From: Macrostomum lignano
Lineage: Eukaryota
Reading direction: 5' to 3'
DNA length: 64,000 nucleotides
NCBI GenBank assembly: GCA_002269645.1
Contig: NIVC01003093.1
Span: 1 to 64,000, forward strand
The notes below the pieces were generated by a model. The model saw only the letters and a program-made list of their open reading frames with translations. It did not search any database and was not told where the DNA came from. Positions 36,389-49,199 of this stretch are shown in pieces (the stretch's first letter is position 1; each line of letters begins with the position of its first letter). Both the position numbers and the translations under genes were made by a program.

Positions 36389-37273
36389 TTTCTATCGATT
36401 TTCCACTTTTCTTCTTTTCACTTTTCTCCTCTAGAATTTCCTCGCCACTCCCTTTAATTTTTTCTATGAAAATGAACGTCGTAAAACATTTTAAACACTA
36501 ACTTGTCGCATTGGCCAAAACAAATTTGATGTTATTTTTAAAATTTCTAAAAATGTCAATTATATTTGCTGTAAATTTTAATAGACATCATGCTAGTTGC
36601 AATATTTGAATTGCATTAAAATTTATGCACTTTGGATTCAACTTCTATTTGTGAAAGTTTTGCAATATTGGCACTCTCATTTCCAAAGACTCATTACTAA
36701 GTTTCATACAAAAGAGACCATACAAAAGCCGAACGGGCCATAAATGTGATATTTTTCGTGTTTACTACTTAATTTTAAAATTTAACAGTAGTGTGTCAGC
36801 ATATTTATTTAATATTCAACATACAAAATATTATTTTTAATAGAAATTATAGTATTAAAGTGTGGCGCCATGTTATTTTTATTAAAGACTTTTTAAAGCG
36901 TAAAATTAAGTCCGATTAAAACAAATATTAACTGTTAACAGAAACATTTATTCAATTTTTCTGAAACAGCTCCACTTTCTAGAGTTATGAGTCTTAAATA
37001 TCAACAGCTGAATAACAAGAATTACGTTTGAGAATTCCATCACACACAAATACTACTTGGAAATCCTTTAATGAGCTGCTCAGCATATTGTAGAACTGTC
37101 ACAAGTTTGGGATGGCTTTGGGCCTGGGATAAATGCGAAAACAGATCTTAATTAGTAGTGACTTTCGCATAACTAAGAGGTAATCAACCAATTAATCAAT
37201 GAATCAACCCCTCAATCAATCAATCAATAAAACAACAAACTAATCAATCAATTAGTCAATAAATAAATCAATA

Positions 37274-38509
37274 TGATGTAACCACGCTCTGGTCGCGGGA
37301 TATGGCAAGGGAATTTTTTCGAAAGTACCTCCAATCTCCGTGCACCTACTGGGCAGAGCCGTCGAGACTGGGCCAGGTACTTGACCAGACCTGCTGACTC
37401 CCGCTCTGCTGCACCCCCCTGCTGTCTCGTCTCCGGCTCCCACTCCGCCACACATGCCTTTCCGGAGCCCCGTTTTCTTACTGCACCTCACCCGCCTCCC
37501 CGTTTCCCATGCGCTCTACCCTATCTACCATGAGCATCTCCCGCTTCCCATCCTTTTGTCTCTTTTTGGTCTGTTTTTCCTGCGCTGTCCCCTCTCATCC
37601 CGTGCCTACTTACAGTACTTTGGGCGCTCACCGTCACCCCATCCCTTATTAAACTCCCAAACGGTGACGCAAGGCCTCTGACCCCTCCTTCCCCTCGATG
37701 ACTCATCGATGACTCATCACCCCCTCTTGCGCAACCTCTTCTCATGCCATTGTTCTCCTCCCAATATTTCTCATGCGACACCCACCCCACCTCCGCTTCT
37801 ATTGTTCTCGTTTTTTATTCTTTTGTTCTCGTCTTCGCACCTAATTATCACATTTTCTCCGATTTTCTCTCTCTATTGTTCTCCTTTTCGCACCCAATTA
37901 GCACCTTTTTTCCAATGTTTGCTTTTCTATTGTTTTCGGTTCTCCTCAATAATCCCCGATTTCCATTTCCTTTGTTCTTGACCCCAGCCCCATTGTTCTC
38001 AATGTTTGCTTGCGCAACACTTTCTCGACCTCCCGCTGCGTCAATTATCCCCCCACCCCACCTCCGGATTGCGCAATTTCCCCATTTCTCATGTTGCTAT
38101 GCCGTCGTTCTCATACTTCTCATTCTGACTCATTCTGACGTCATTTCGCCGGCAGCCAATCAGAGAGAGGGAGTCATGGAAACGACCTTGGAGCGGCGGC
38201 TGGGAAGGCTATTTAAGGAAGCGGTTTTCGGCGTGAGAACCCTCAGACTTCGCGTTCCTTCTCGTCCTACTGTGGACTCGCTGTCAGACACCGATCTGAC
38301 CCATTCGTCTAGGACGAACCTCTGCCAGCCCGCGGTCTGTTACCGCCAAGTTACCTCAGCTCCCCAAGTGAGCTCATCTGCCGGTCCGCGGTCTGTTACC
38401 GCCCAGCATATTCAGCATTGCCTGAACTACATCAGCGCCTCGTCGCTTCAGCGCATCGCCGCTTCACAGTCTGCCTGTCTGCAGCCAACAGCCGCCCTCG
38501 GTCACTCCG

Positions 38510-38590
<81 letters not shown>

Positions 38591-39550
38591 AGCTGCCGGT
38601 GAGTTCCTGTACTAATTTGTGCTCTAATTGCCTTTGCTTATCCGGGGTTTGCTTATTTCCCATTGCTTGATTAGAGAGCTGAGCAAATTGTGATACCGTA
38701 ACTTTTTGCTGTATTTTACTCAATAGTGAAGCCGCCTAATTGCCTGATTATTTGCCTAAGGGCCTAATTATTAACCATTACTAAACTCCTCATTATTCAC
38801 TCTTTCACCATCATTTCATTCATGGCTTGCTATGCCTTTCTCCCTGGGTGGCAAAGCATAAGGAAGTTTGGGTAAGCTAATGGCCTCTCCCCGTGCAAAG
38901 CTCGCCTGTGTGTGCGTGCTGCGGGTCCGTGTGTGAGGGCAGTAGAGGGAATTAGTGAGTCTTGGCACAGAATGGCAGTAGGAAGGTTGCAACCCCATGC
39001 TGACGCGTCCCTTCGCCCTGAGCAATCTAAACTATAGACAGTACATGTTCGCCTCACACTACTCTTAGTAATTGAAGCCGCAAGTCCGCCTCGCTCACAG
39101 CCACAAAGGATCCCCTGCTGAGAAATCCTCCAGATTGAGCCCAGAGTTCCCGATCATGCCCCAAGCAGAGTCCCTGCACTCGGCTGCATGTGTCTCCCCT
39201 GTTAGCCTAAATCCCCTGGTAACCAATCCAGGCGGGGCTCTAGCCTCGAGAGGTCTGGTAGTAAGATCCAGGTGCGCCAGGTCACATAGAGTGGTGGCAG
39301 CCACTCGGTCAGGTCATGCTCTGACCGAGTGACAGACTATTGCATCTTGGCTACAGGTGGGGTCCATGTGGGTCCTTGGCCCTCTTGTCACGAAAGCGCT
39401 ACCAAAGCTATCAATCATGTGGCCGGGACAGTCTGGTGCTGGAGGTCCGTCAGGCCATTGCCCGGTCATAGGCAGCCTACGGTCATGGCCCCCTCTGGTC
39501 ATACGTTCGCCTCCCAGCGGAGCGGACGGGCGACAAGGGCGGTTACATCA
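37274..39550 (+). mobile_element. Probable solo LTR (or TIR element) of 2277 bp inserted in an (AATC)n tract
   Basis: Ends TGATGTAACC ... GGTTACATCA; internal tandem TGACTCA sites (~37698-37715), TGACGTCA (~38137), CCAAT (~38156), TATA-like CTATTTAAG (~38208), (CT)n 38514-38586; flanks AATA/AATC; no credible ORF. Confidence 0.6.
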
Positions 39551-39679
39551 AATCAATCAATAAATCACCCAACCAATCAATCAATCAACTAATCATTCAA
39601 TCAATCAGTCAATCGATCAATCGATCAATCATTCAACTAATCAACCAATAAAACAACCAATCAACCAATCAACCAACCG

Positions 39680-39726
<47 letters not shown>

Positions 39727-39806
39727 TATCACCCAACCAATCAACAAACCAACCAATCAATCAATTAATCCACAAATCAACCAACCAACCAATCAATCAA
39801 TCAATC

Positions 39807-39894
<88 letters not shown>

Positions 39895-39960
39895 CAACAA
39901 CCAATCCTACATCAGTCAATCACCCAATCAATTGAGGTTCAAGTTAATTAGTCAGTCAAA
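39551..39960. repeat. (AATC)n microsatellite, also at 37190-37273
   Basis: Read directly. Confidence 0.93.
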
Positions 39961-40075
39961 CAAGTAGACTTCATCTGCCAGGTATTCACCAAGAGAATCA
40001 ATTGCCTGATAGTTAAGCACAGAAATCGTGAACTATTGGATACAAAAATCAATCCTCCATCAGCCAGCCGATCAA

Positions 40076-42391
40076 TCAGCTGTTTATTACGCTCTCCATC
40101 AACAGTCGGCCCATGATTTTTTCGTCGCTCTCCTTCTTGGGCTTGCACTGCGAGCTGCTCCACCACTTGCTCACCTTGATGCCGTAGTAATTCAGGTGCG
40201 AGCCGATGCAGGAGGCCATCTTGGTGAGGCACGGCAGGAACACCTTCGGCGAGTCCGCGCAGTTCCGGTCTTCGTTCTTCGGCTTGCCTTGGCAAATTCG
40301 AAATCCGCTTGGAGAGTTCGGCCTCATGCCGGACGGGTAGAACACCTCCGTGCCGTGATGGTACGGGCCCGACTTCTGGTCCGGCTGGCACCGCTCCAGA
40401 GGGCCCCGGCACAGCGGCAGGTGCACCACCGGGTCCTGTGGGGTAACAGTTGAGCTGAGCTGCCAATAACTGCAGTCACCCCTGACTCTACTGATCTCTC
40501 CCTGACTCTACACGTCTCTCCAGGGGTCTATTTCTTGATTATTAAAATTCCTGCTGACTCTGACTTTTGACTTCCATCGTCTCCCTCTGACCCTTCGTGG
40601 ACTCCTCATCCCTCATCCCTCATCCCTCATCCCTCATCCCTCATCCCTCATCCCTCATCCCTCATCCCTCATCCCTCATCCCTCATCCCTCATCCCTCAT
40701 CCCTCATCCCTCATCCCTCAGCCCTCATCCCTCAGCCCTCAGCCCTCAGCCCTCAGCCCTCAGCCCTCATCCCTCATCCCTCAGCCCTCAGCCCTCATCC
40801 CTCATCCCTCAGCCCTCAGCCCTCAGCCCTCAGCCCTCATCCCTCATCCCTCAGCCCTCATCCCTCATCCCTCAGCCCTCAGCCCTCAGCCCTCAGCCCC
40901 CAGCCCTCAGCTCTCATCCCTCAGCCCTCAGCCCTCAGTCCTCAGCCCTCAGCCCTCAGCCCTCAGCCCTCAGCCCTCAGCCCTCAGCCCTCAGCCCTCA
41001 GCCCTCAGCTCTCATCCCTCAGCCCTCAGCCCTCAGCCCTCAGCCCTCAGCCCTCAGCCCTCAGCCCTGATCCCTCATCTCATCCCTCAGCCCTCAGCCC
41101 TCAGCCCTCAGCCCTCAGCCCTCAGCCCTCAGCCCATCCCTCATCCCTCATCCCTCATCCCTCAGCCCTCAGCCCTCAGCCCTCAGCTCTCATCCCTCAG
41201 CCCTCATCCCTCAGCCCTCAGCCCTCATCCCTCATCCCTCAGCCCTGATCCCTCATCCCTCATCCCTCAGCCCTCATCCCTCACTCACCCGCCCGTTGAC
41301 CACCCGCCAGCTGCTGCCGCCGGCCATCAGTTTGTCGAACGCCGCCGAAAACGTCGCGTCGCCCACCCGGGGCTCCCCGAAGGTGAACATCTGAGGTCGC
41401 AGCCGTTTGGCCGCCAGCTGGACTGCCGTCAGGGCCGCCATCGCCCCGCCAAGCGAGTGGCCCGTCACCAGAATCGCGTCTCCCGGATTCGCCGAACGGA
41501 TTTGGGCAAACGCCGGCTCCAGTTTAGACCAGACCGCCCGCTGAGCCATGCTGAAGTACGCCTGCACCCGGCCTCCGACAGGGGACGGCACCGGCGGCGT
41601 TTTGAGCACGCTGAGCAGTTCGACAATCAGCTGCCCGTCTTGGTTGGTGCCGCGGAAGACGATCTGGAGAAGGATGATGGGGGATGCCAGTACAAGACAT
41701 GTGCTAGCCAGTACAAGACCCACACACAGACCAGTACAAGACTCACAAACAGACCAGTACAAGACTAACACACATACCAGTACAAGACCCACAAACAGAC
41801 CAGTACAAGACTCACACACAGACCAGTACAAGACTCACACAAAGACCAGTACAAGACCAACACATACAGTACAAGACCAATACACACGCCAGTACAAGAT
41901 GAACACACACACTACAGGACCAACACACACCAGTACAAGACCCACACCAGTACAAGGCAGTAAAGAACAGTGAAGGTCATCTTTCTCCCAGCATCCCCCG
42001 CTCCGCATACCATGGTGATGCGTTTCCTCGGCAGCCGGGCCACAAAGCCGGACCAGGTGCCGCCGATGGTTTTCCAGTAGGCCGGCACGGACACCTGGCG
42101 CACGTTCCTCATTGGTCCGTAGGTGCCCGCTAGGCCGCTGTTTTGGTAGCAGCTGCCCACAGCTCCTGAGGCGTAGGCGGCAGCCGAGGCCACCAAGGAC
42201 AGGTAGCTGAGCTGAGGGCTGAACCGGCTTGCCTGCCAAGAGTCGTCGGCCTGGCCGTCCTTGACGAACGACGATGCCGTTAGGTCGTACATGTAGAGCG
42301 GATCAACGCTGCCGGCTTGATGCACCAGCAGGCTGCAGTTGAGCAGCAGCAGCAGCGCGGTAATGAGGCCTGGCAGTCTCAGCGGAGCCAT
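40076..42391 (-). CDS. Secreted class-3 (Lipase_3, fungal-type alpha/beta hydrolase) lipase, 3 exons, 371 aa
   Basis: Exons 42391-42011, 41663-41289, 40435-40076, GT-AG, phase 0. Signal peptide, IVFRGT, VTGHSLGGAMA nucleophile, FTFGEPRVGD, VVNGRDPVVHLP (Asp), YHHGTEVFY, HLNYYG (His). Confidence 0.92.
40600..41282. repeat. 7-bp (CCCTCAT/CCCTCAG)n array filling lipase intron 2
   Basis: Read directly; reads TGAGGG(A/C) on the sense strand. Confidence 0.96.
41686..41960. repeat. ~24-bp CCAGTACAAGAC..ACACA array in lipase intron 1
   Basis: Read directly. Confidence 0.9.
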
Positions 42392-44694
42392 CAGCAGTCG
42401 TGCGGTCTTTGAAGTTAGCCAAATAGAGTGGATGAACTGTGAAACCAGCGACGAATTTAACGTTGTCTCTCTCGGTTTTTATAAGGCTGCATCATCCTTG
42501 ACGAGGCCAGGCATGCAGTCTTGTATATCTTGATTGCGATGTTATTTTTAGTTGCGAGCGAGTTTGCTATAATTGTGTTTCAGTGAAGACGGTTGCGGAG
42601 ATCAGATAAGCGAAGCTAATAGATGCGCGATATTCGTGACTGACGTGCAGGACAGAAGTTGCTGCCAAAAGAGCTGGTAAACAGAGCTGATATTCCTGTT
42701 GTACACGTGACTGGGTAATTCACGATAGCGACTAATATTGACATAAAGATTCTTTTTATACACAGAAGTAGATGCGTGTAACACGATACATGCAGTTTAC
42801 CAGTATCACGCTATTATACTGCTGCTTTACAGAAGCGCGTAATTTTTTTTTTATATTACTGATGCAAATCCATTTTGAGATGCTAAACCGTATAGCCAAT
42901 CTGTGCCCTTGGTTTTCTTAAAAATGAGTTAGAGTCATAATAAAATGAGCTTCATTTGTTTGTCTAGAAGAGAGCACATAGCCTTGAATTATGGAGGTTC
43001 GCCATAGACAAGTATACGTTCGGTCGAGAAATATGCTGCTCGAAAAACCGAAAGTTGTTCCATACCGGCCTCCAGCGATCATTTCTAAGAAAATCGAATA
43101 TGTACAGCGCAACAGCGTTGTAATACTTCATTTGTCTAAAGCTAACATGTGTATAGCTGTATTAACCAACTCAGATTAATTGTTTTTCATCAGTTCCATC
43201 AACACACGAGATCTCTATATATATTATTGTAATTAAAGGTACATGCAAAATTTGCAAAAATTCTTAAATCACCCCAGCCTGGTGCGGTTGTTTTAAAGCA
43301 AGATTTGTAATGGTCTCGAGTCCTTGAATCGAATGAAGCCGTCATGTGCGTTTCGCATACACTTTGGGCTGCTGTACATTTCTGTGAAGACATACATGAA
43401 TTGCACGGCAGTATAGTTCTGAGTTATATGCGCATGCATTTAATTCGCTAGTATATGCATGTGTATGTTGAAATTTATTTTTTTGATGTGGGTGCAGTTA
43501 ATCCTGAAAAGATTTTTGAGTACATATCATTCGTAGTTAGGTGTCAGTCAAGGACCGACGCCTGTAAACGAAAGTATTGAACAGAGAAAACTGAAGATAA
43601 CGGCTAGATATGAAAATAAAAAAGCCTAGTTTTTGTAAAAATGAAAAAAATTGCTATAAGTTTATTTTTCCCAGTCTCGGTGTTCTATACTTTGCATAAC
43701 ATTTACTCGTTATTTAAAGAGTTGTGCTATTTTTGGTGGTTTTAACAATTTGCCATGGCAACAAGCCGTAAATTTTTTGGCGCATATTTAACTACTAAAT
43801 CTGCTCTCTTAAATTATTGTAATCGTCAATGAAAATATTGTAGATAGATTATTAGTCTAAACTGGTCTGAATGCAGCAAAAATGACAAAGTGAATTACTT
43901 ATGCATTTATGTTAGAGTATTTTCGAGAATCAAGACCAATGACTTGTCATAGCCTCTAGTATACTAAGTATAGGAGACATTATTATATTATTGAATATTG
44001 ATTATATAGATCGGAATTACTGACAAAATGAAATTAACATATTATTGCCTTACTTTATTTGTAATATCTGTATATACCTAATATGAAATTTAAGTAGAAG
44101 TGTGTGACTAAACTAAATTAATAAATCTAGTGTCTATTTGGTAGTTGAACAAAAATATTCTGAAAACGGAATTAAAATAACTAAAATGTGCTAAAATAAG
44201 GGACAATTTTTTCTTCATGCTTTAACTTTGCTGCTAGGCTTAAAGATTATTTTCAAAAGACTAAAGCTTTTAATTTTAAATTGCATTAGACATTAAGTAA
44301 CTACAGGGAAGGGAACAGCTTTCTATTTTTTTCTGTAGCATTGCAAGACTTTTTTCTCTTACTAATTTTGAAATTTTATGAGTATAAATCTAACACTGTT
44401 TACCATCGACTATCAAATAAAGGCAGAGAAATATCTTTTTGTTTTTGATTTCTACTAACCAAATGCAAAAAAACAATTCTAGAAAAATTATGTCCTTCCT
44501 TTATGTACTTGCATGTAGTAATTTTTCAAGATTGAACATTTTTAGCCATTGCATGATAAAATCAATTATTAATATTAAATTAGTTGACAAGGCATTAATT
44601 AAATCCTAAAGTTAAGCTTCGATTTGCAAATAGATACTAAATTGATAGCAGCTTAACATATTTGATTTGGTTGATGCAGCCAGTACAGTGCGGG

Positions 44695-46409
44695 ATGGCT
44701 CCAAAAGGATTTCTGTGCACGGCAGAAATAACGATAGAGCTGGTTGTGTCCCCCGGTACTTGGCTGCCTCATAGGGACGACGTCTACCTCACAATTGACT
44801 TCTTAAATCAGGTTGGGAGTCAGCTGTTTTGTTTAAAAACTCGTTTCTGTTAAGCTTTTATAGGCAATATCGTGAAAGTATCCGTCCTACTGAAATGACA
44901 TCTCTTTACATACAAATATTATCGGGTTCGTTGATAAGGAGTGTGACATCAATGTTTTGACATTCGAATGAATATTCTTAAATTCTCATAGAGATACTGG
45001 CATCTTCGTTTATGACACCCTGACATTATCAGAGACCATGACATCTTCATAGAGACCATGACATCTTTATAGAGATCATGACGTCTTCATTGAGATCCTG
45101 ACATCCTCATAGAGACCATGACATCTTCATAGAGACCATGACATCTTTATAGAGACCATGACATCTTCATTGAGATCCTGACATTCTGATGCATGCAGAG
45201 ATCTTGACACTCTTCAAAGTTTGACCTCTTCGCAAGGAGTCTGACATCCCTGAAAAACATCCTGACATCCTTCTGAACCGACTGACACCCGCACTGAAGC
45301 TGGAACTCAACCACTGAGCTCCCAAATTCCCTCCGCAGGTCAAGCGCTCCCGCCTAGTGGCGCCCGTCTTCCCACTTCGAGTCCACGAGCGGTTCCGCTT
45401 CGAGAAGAACTTCTGGCCAGCCTCCGACCCGCGCGACGTTGTGGACCGGCTGGAGGAGCTGCCCATCGCCATCGAGCTCCGTCAGGCCACCGACGCCTTC
45501 CGCGGCAGCCGCTTGCTCGCCTACTTCGACTCGGACGGACGCGAGTTTCTGTTCCCCAGCGCCCCCACCTCCAAGCCCGCCTGCCACACCGGCCGGGAGG
45601 CCCTGATGGCCCGCACAGTCGACTTCTCCAGCGTCAGCCCGAAGCTGGAGTTCTGCACTTACACCGTGGTTGAGGAGCTGCGCACCAGCTACTCTGGCAG
45701 CGTTGGCGACGACTTCGGCGGGGAGGTGACCCAGCCGCGCCGCTCTGCCGCCGCCGCCATCGACAGCGTCGACCGTCGAGCACGTCGTCATGGCAAACGG
45801 CCGCCGTCGATGTCGAAGGTCGACGACTCAGCGACCGCAGCAGCCGGCGAGGACCGCCGGGCCGGCTACCGCACCGACGACCGGCCGCCGTTCGTGGTGC
45901 GCCACGTGGCCGACGGGCTGACTGGCAGGAAGCCGGTGCTGCACAATATTCGCACCCGGTTGCGGCCGCCGCGTCAGCTGATGGACCCGGAGGAGGAGGC
46001 GCTGGGCGAGACCGCCTGGGGCTACCAGGGAGGCCGCAGCGGAGGCGGTGGCGGCGGCGGCGGCAGCGCGGACAGTTCTCCGACGCATCGGCGCCGAGCT
46101 GACTACGACTACGAGGACTACGGTCGACGCGGATCTCGGCGACGCCGGGCATCGGCGTCGCGGCTTCGACGGAGCGACTCCAGCGGCGAGCTGTGGTACT
46201 ACGAGCGGCCGTACGCGCCGTTCGCGCACGAGTACCCGGAATGGGGCGAGGCCGAGTGCCTGGCGCCCGGTTCGGGCAGCTCCCTGATGGACTCGCGCTA
46301 CAACCCGGTGCTGGCCAGCAGCCTGCGGCACCGGACCGCCGATCGATACGGCGAGGCGCCGGCTTACCGGTCGAGGCGGCCGCCGCTGAGAGACTCGCAG
46401 GTGTACTAA
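44695..46409 (+). CDS. SPATA6: Spermatogenesis-associated protein 6-like; exons 44695-44811 and 45339-46409, 395 aa
   Basis: EITIELVVSPGTWLPHRDDVYLTIDFLNQ|VKRSRLVAPVFPL..FRFEKNF..DPRDVV..REFLFP..PKLEFCTYTVVEE parallels the SPATA6 N-terminal domain (VTCPGV..EDIYLSI..FPLVF..FEKVF..DPGDVV..RDFMFP..PRLEFST). The terminal CAG|GTGTAC could alternatively be a donor. Confidence 0.88.
45020..45290. repeat. 20-bp CATGACATCTTCATAGAGAC array in the SPATA6 intron
   Basis: Read directly. Confidence 0.88.
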
Positions 46410-46519
46410 TTTAGCTGGCTGTGATAGTCAGGCAGTGGAGTTAATATGAATGATGTTTTGCCTATCAGATTGAGGTGAGTTTTCTTACGAGTCAGGTTTG
46501 AGTGGGGTGGGTGTAGCAG

Positions 46520-46770
46520 TCTCCAACCACTCGGATCGGACTGGAGTGAGATGGGTGTCGCAGGCCCCAGCCAATTGGATCGGACTGGAGTGAAGTGGGT
46601 GTAGCAGGCTCCAGCCAATAATTGGATCGGACTGGAGTGAAGTGGGTGTAGCAGGCTCCAGCCAATTGGATCGGACTGGAGTGAAGTGGGTGTAGCAGGC
46701 CCCAGCCAATTGGATCGGATGGGAGTGAGATGGGTGTAGCAGGCTCCAGCCAATTGGACTGGAATCAGGG
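46520..46770. repeat. ~39-bp array CCAGCCAATTGGATCGGACTGGAGTGAAGTGGGTGTAGCAGG
   Basis: About 6 copies. Confidence 0.9.
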
Positions 46771-47454
46771 TCCGATTATGCATATAAATGATCAAATGTT
46801 TATGAAATTACGTTATATCTACATGTAATCCTTTCTTTCCTTTTGCTTTGTTAATATTTACTTAATTATTTCTGCCTTTTGCAAAGTTTAAAGCAGCACA
46901 AACAAGCTTATTTTGCTGCAGCACCAATTACTAACGCCTTTTTTTCTTTTTCCAGACTTTCTGTGCTCTTGCTATTCAACTCTTTTAGTAATACAGCCTG
47001 TGCATCATCTACTATGAGTAGCCAATCAGGGTCGTTGGAGACGAGTTTGGAATAGCGAAATATTCATAGTAATTATTGCGTCCTTTTATCTGTTAAGCTG
47101 TTTGAATTATCTATATTATTTCTCGATGGCATGTCTAAACTCTTAATTGATTGCTGTAGATCTGATATTGTAAAACATTTTTACTGCTATTGTAAAATGC
47201 GCTTAATCATGATCTCTTTAATGACTTATGAATTTACATTAACCACGAATTTTTAAATATAGCGAGTTGAATTATTATACTATGTCTTGTTTGCTGTTTC
47301 CTCTGTGAACATATATTTATGCTGATACATTTCTGTTGTACATTACACAATATCAGTTCGGCTCCTCATTTACCTCGGGCTGTGGGGGTTCTTAAATAAA
47401 GGATAATATCACATAGAATCATGCGATATTATTGGAATTATTGATATTATTAGA

Positions 47455-48585
47455 ATCATAGAATCATGTCTCAGAGCTAATTATCATGTCACAGAGTCTA
47501 GAGTCATGTCTCAGAGCTAATTATCATGTCACAGAGTCTAGAGTCATGTCTCAGAGCTAATTATCATGCCACAGAGTCTAGAGTCATGTCTCAGAGCTAA
47601 TTATTATGTCACAGAGTCTAGAGTCATGTCTCAGAGCTAATTATCATGTCACAGAGTCTAGAGTCATGTCTCAGAGCTAATTATCATGTCACAGAGTCTA
47701 GAGTCATGTCTCAGAGCTAATTATTATGCCACAGAGTCTAGAGTCATGTCTCAGAGCTAATTATCATGTCACAGAGTCTAGAGTCATGTCTCAGAGCTAA
47801 TTATTATGTCACAGAGTCTAGAGTCATGTCTCAGAGCTAATTATTATGCCACAGAGTCTAGAGTCATGTCTCAGAGCTAATTATTATGTCACAGAGTCTA
47901 GAGTCATGTCTCAGAGCTAATTATTATGTCACAGAGTCTAGAGTCATGTCTCAGAGCTAATTATTATGTCACAGAGTCTAGAGTCATGTCTCAGAGCTAA
48001 TTATTATGTCACAGAGTCTAGAGTCATGTCTCAGAGCTAATTATCATGCCACAGAGTCTAGAGTCATGTCTCAGAGCTAATTATTATGTCACAGAGTCTA
48101 GAGTCATGTCTCAGAGCTAATTATCATGTCACAGAGTCTAGAGTCATGTCTCAGAGCTAATTATTATGCCACAGAGTCTAGAGTCATGTCTCAGAGCTAA
48201 TTATTATGTCACAGAGTCTAGAGTCATGTCTCAGAGCTAATTATTATGCCACAGAGTCTAGAGTCATGTCTCAGAGCTAATTATTATGTCACAGAGTCTA
48301 GAGTCATGTCTCAGAGCTAATTATTATGTCACAGAGTCTAGAGTCATGTCTCAGAGCTAATTATTATGTCACAGAGTCTAGAGTCATGTCTCAGAGCTAA
48401 TTATTATGTCACAGAGTCTAGAGTCATGTCTCAGAGCTAATTATCATGCCACAGAGTCTAGAGTCATGTCTCAGAGCTAATTATTATGTCACAGAGTCTA
48501 GAGTCATGTCTCAGAGCTAATTATCATGTCACAGAGTCTAGAGTCATGTCTCAGAGCTAATTATTATGCCACAGAGTCCAATGTA
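47455..48585. repeat. 40-bp tandem array AGAGTCTAGAGTCATGTCTCAGAGCTAATTATYATGYCAC, about 28 copies
   Basis: Near-identical contiguous units with two variable positions; each unit is two diverged 20-mers. Confidence 0.97.
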
Positions 48586-49199
48586 ATATCTCAGAGATAA
48601 ATATATCAGAACTGAGTGTGTTCATTCAGCTGTCAATAAAATCTCGGATTAAATTCAGCCCGGCTAGACTTTAAATAGCAAAAAACTGTACTACACGTAA
48701 AATATTTTGTTCCATTACTGTAGTATTTTGCACTTACACTCTACGGGTAGATAGCGCGGTGCTGGCAATGACCCGCATACATGTGTTGAGCAGCGAGACA
48801 GTGCAAAGGCTCCAATTGATTTATTCAACTCTACCCATGCAGGGACAAAAGGTGCGCCATGCCCCCCCCCCCAACTGTTAATGTTTGCACAAAGCTGAGG
48901 AAGCGAAGCCCAAGTGTTATAACTTTCCTGCAATGGAAATGGCATGGGACTGCATGCAGAGGTGCAGCAAAGTCTGCTTTAGAATGCGAGTAAAGTATAT
49001 TTTCTTGCATTCATGGACAAAGTGTTGTGTATCTTGAGTGTGCGGGCCTCATTAGCGCGAGTGAGCAAATCGTTAATTCTGTATAAATTAACTGCATTGA
49101 CTGTCTGCTATAAGCAATTGCGCAGCTTTCTAAGGCTCTAAGCGGATATATTTACAACTTGAAGCTTAAGCAGAACAGAGATAAAAAGTGACATTCGAC

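Noticed and set aside
47455-48585. 40-bp regular array as a CRISPR locus
   Set aside because: Units are contiguous with no unique spacers, there are no cas genes, and the context is eukaryotic.
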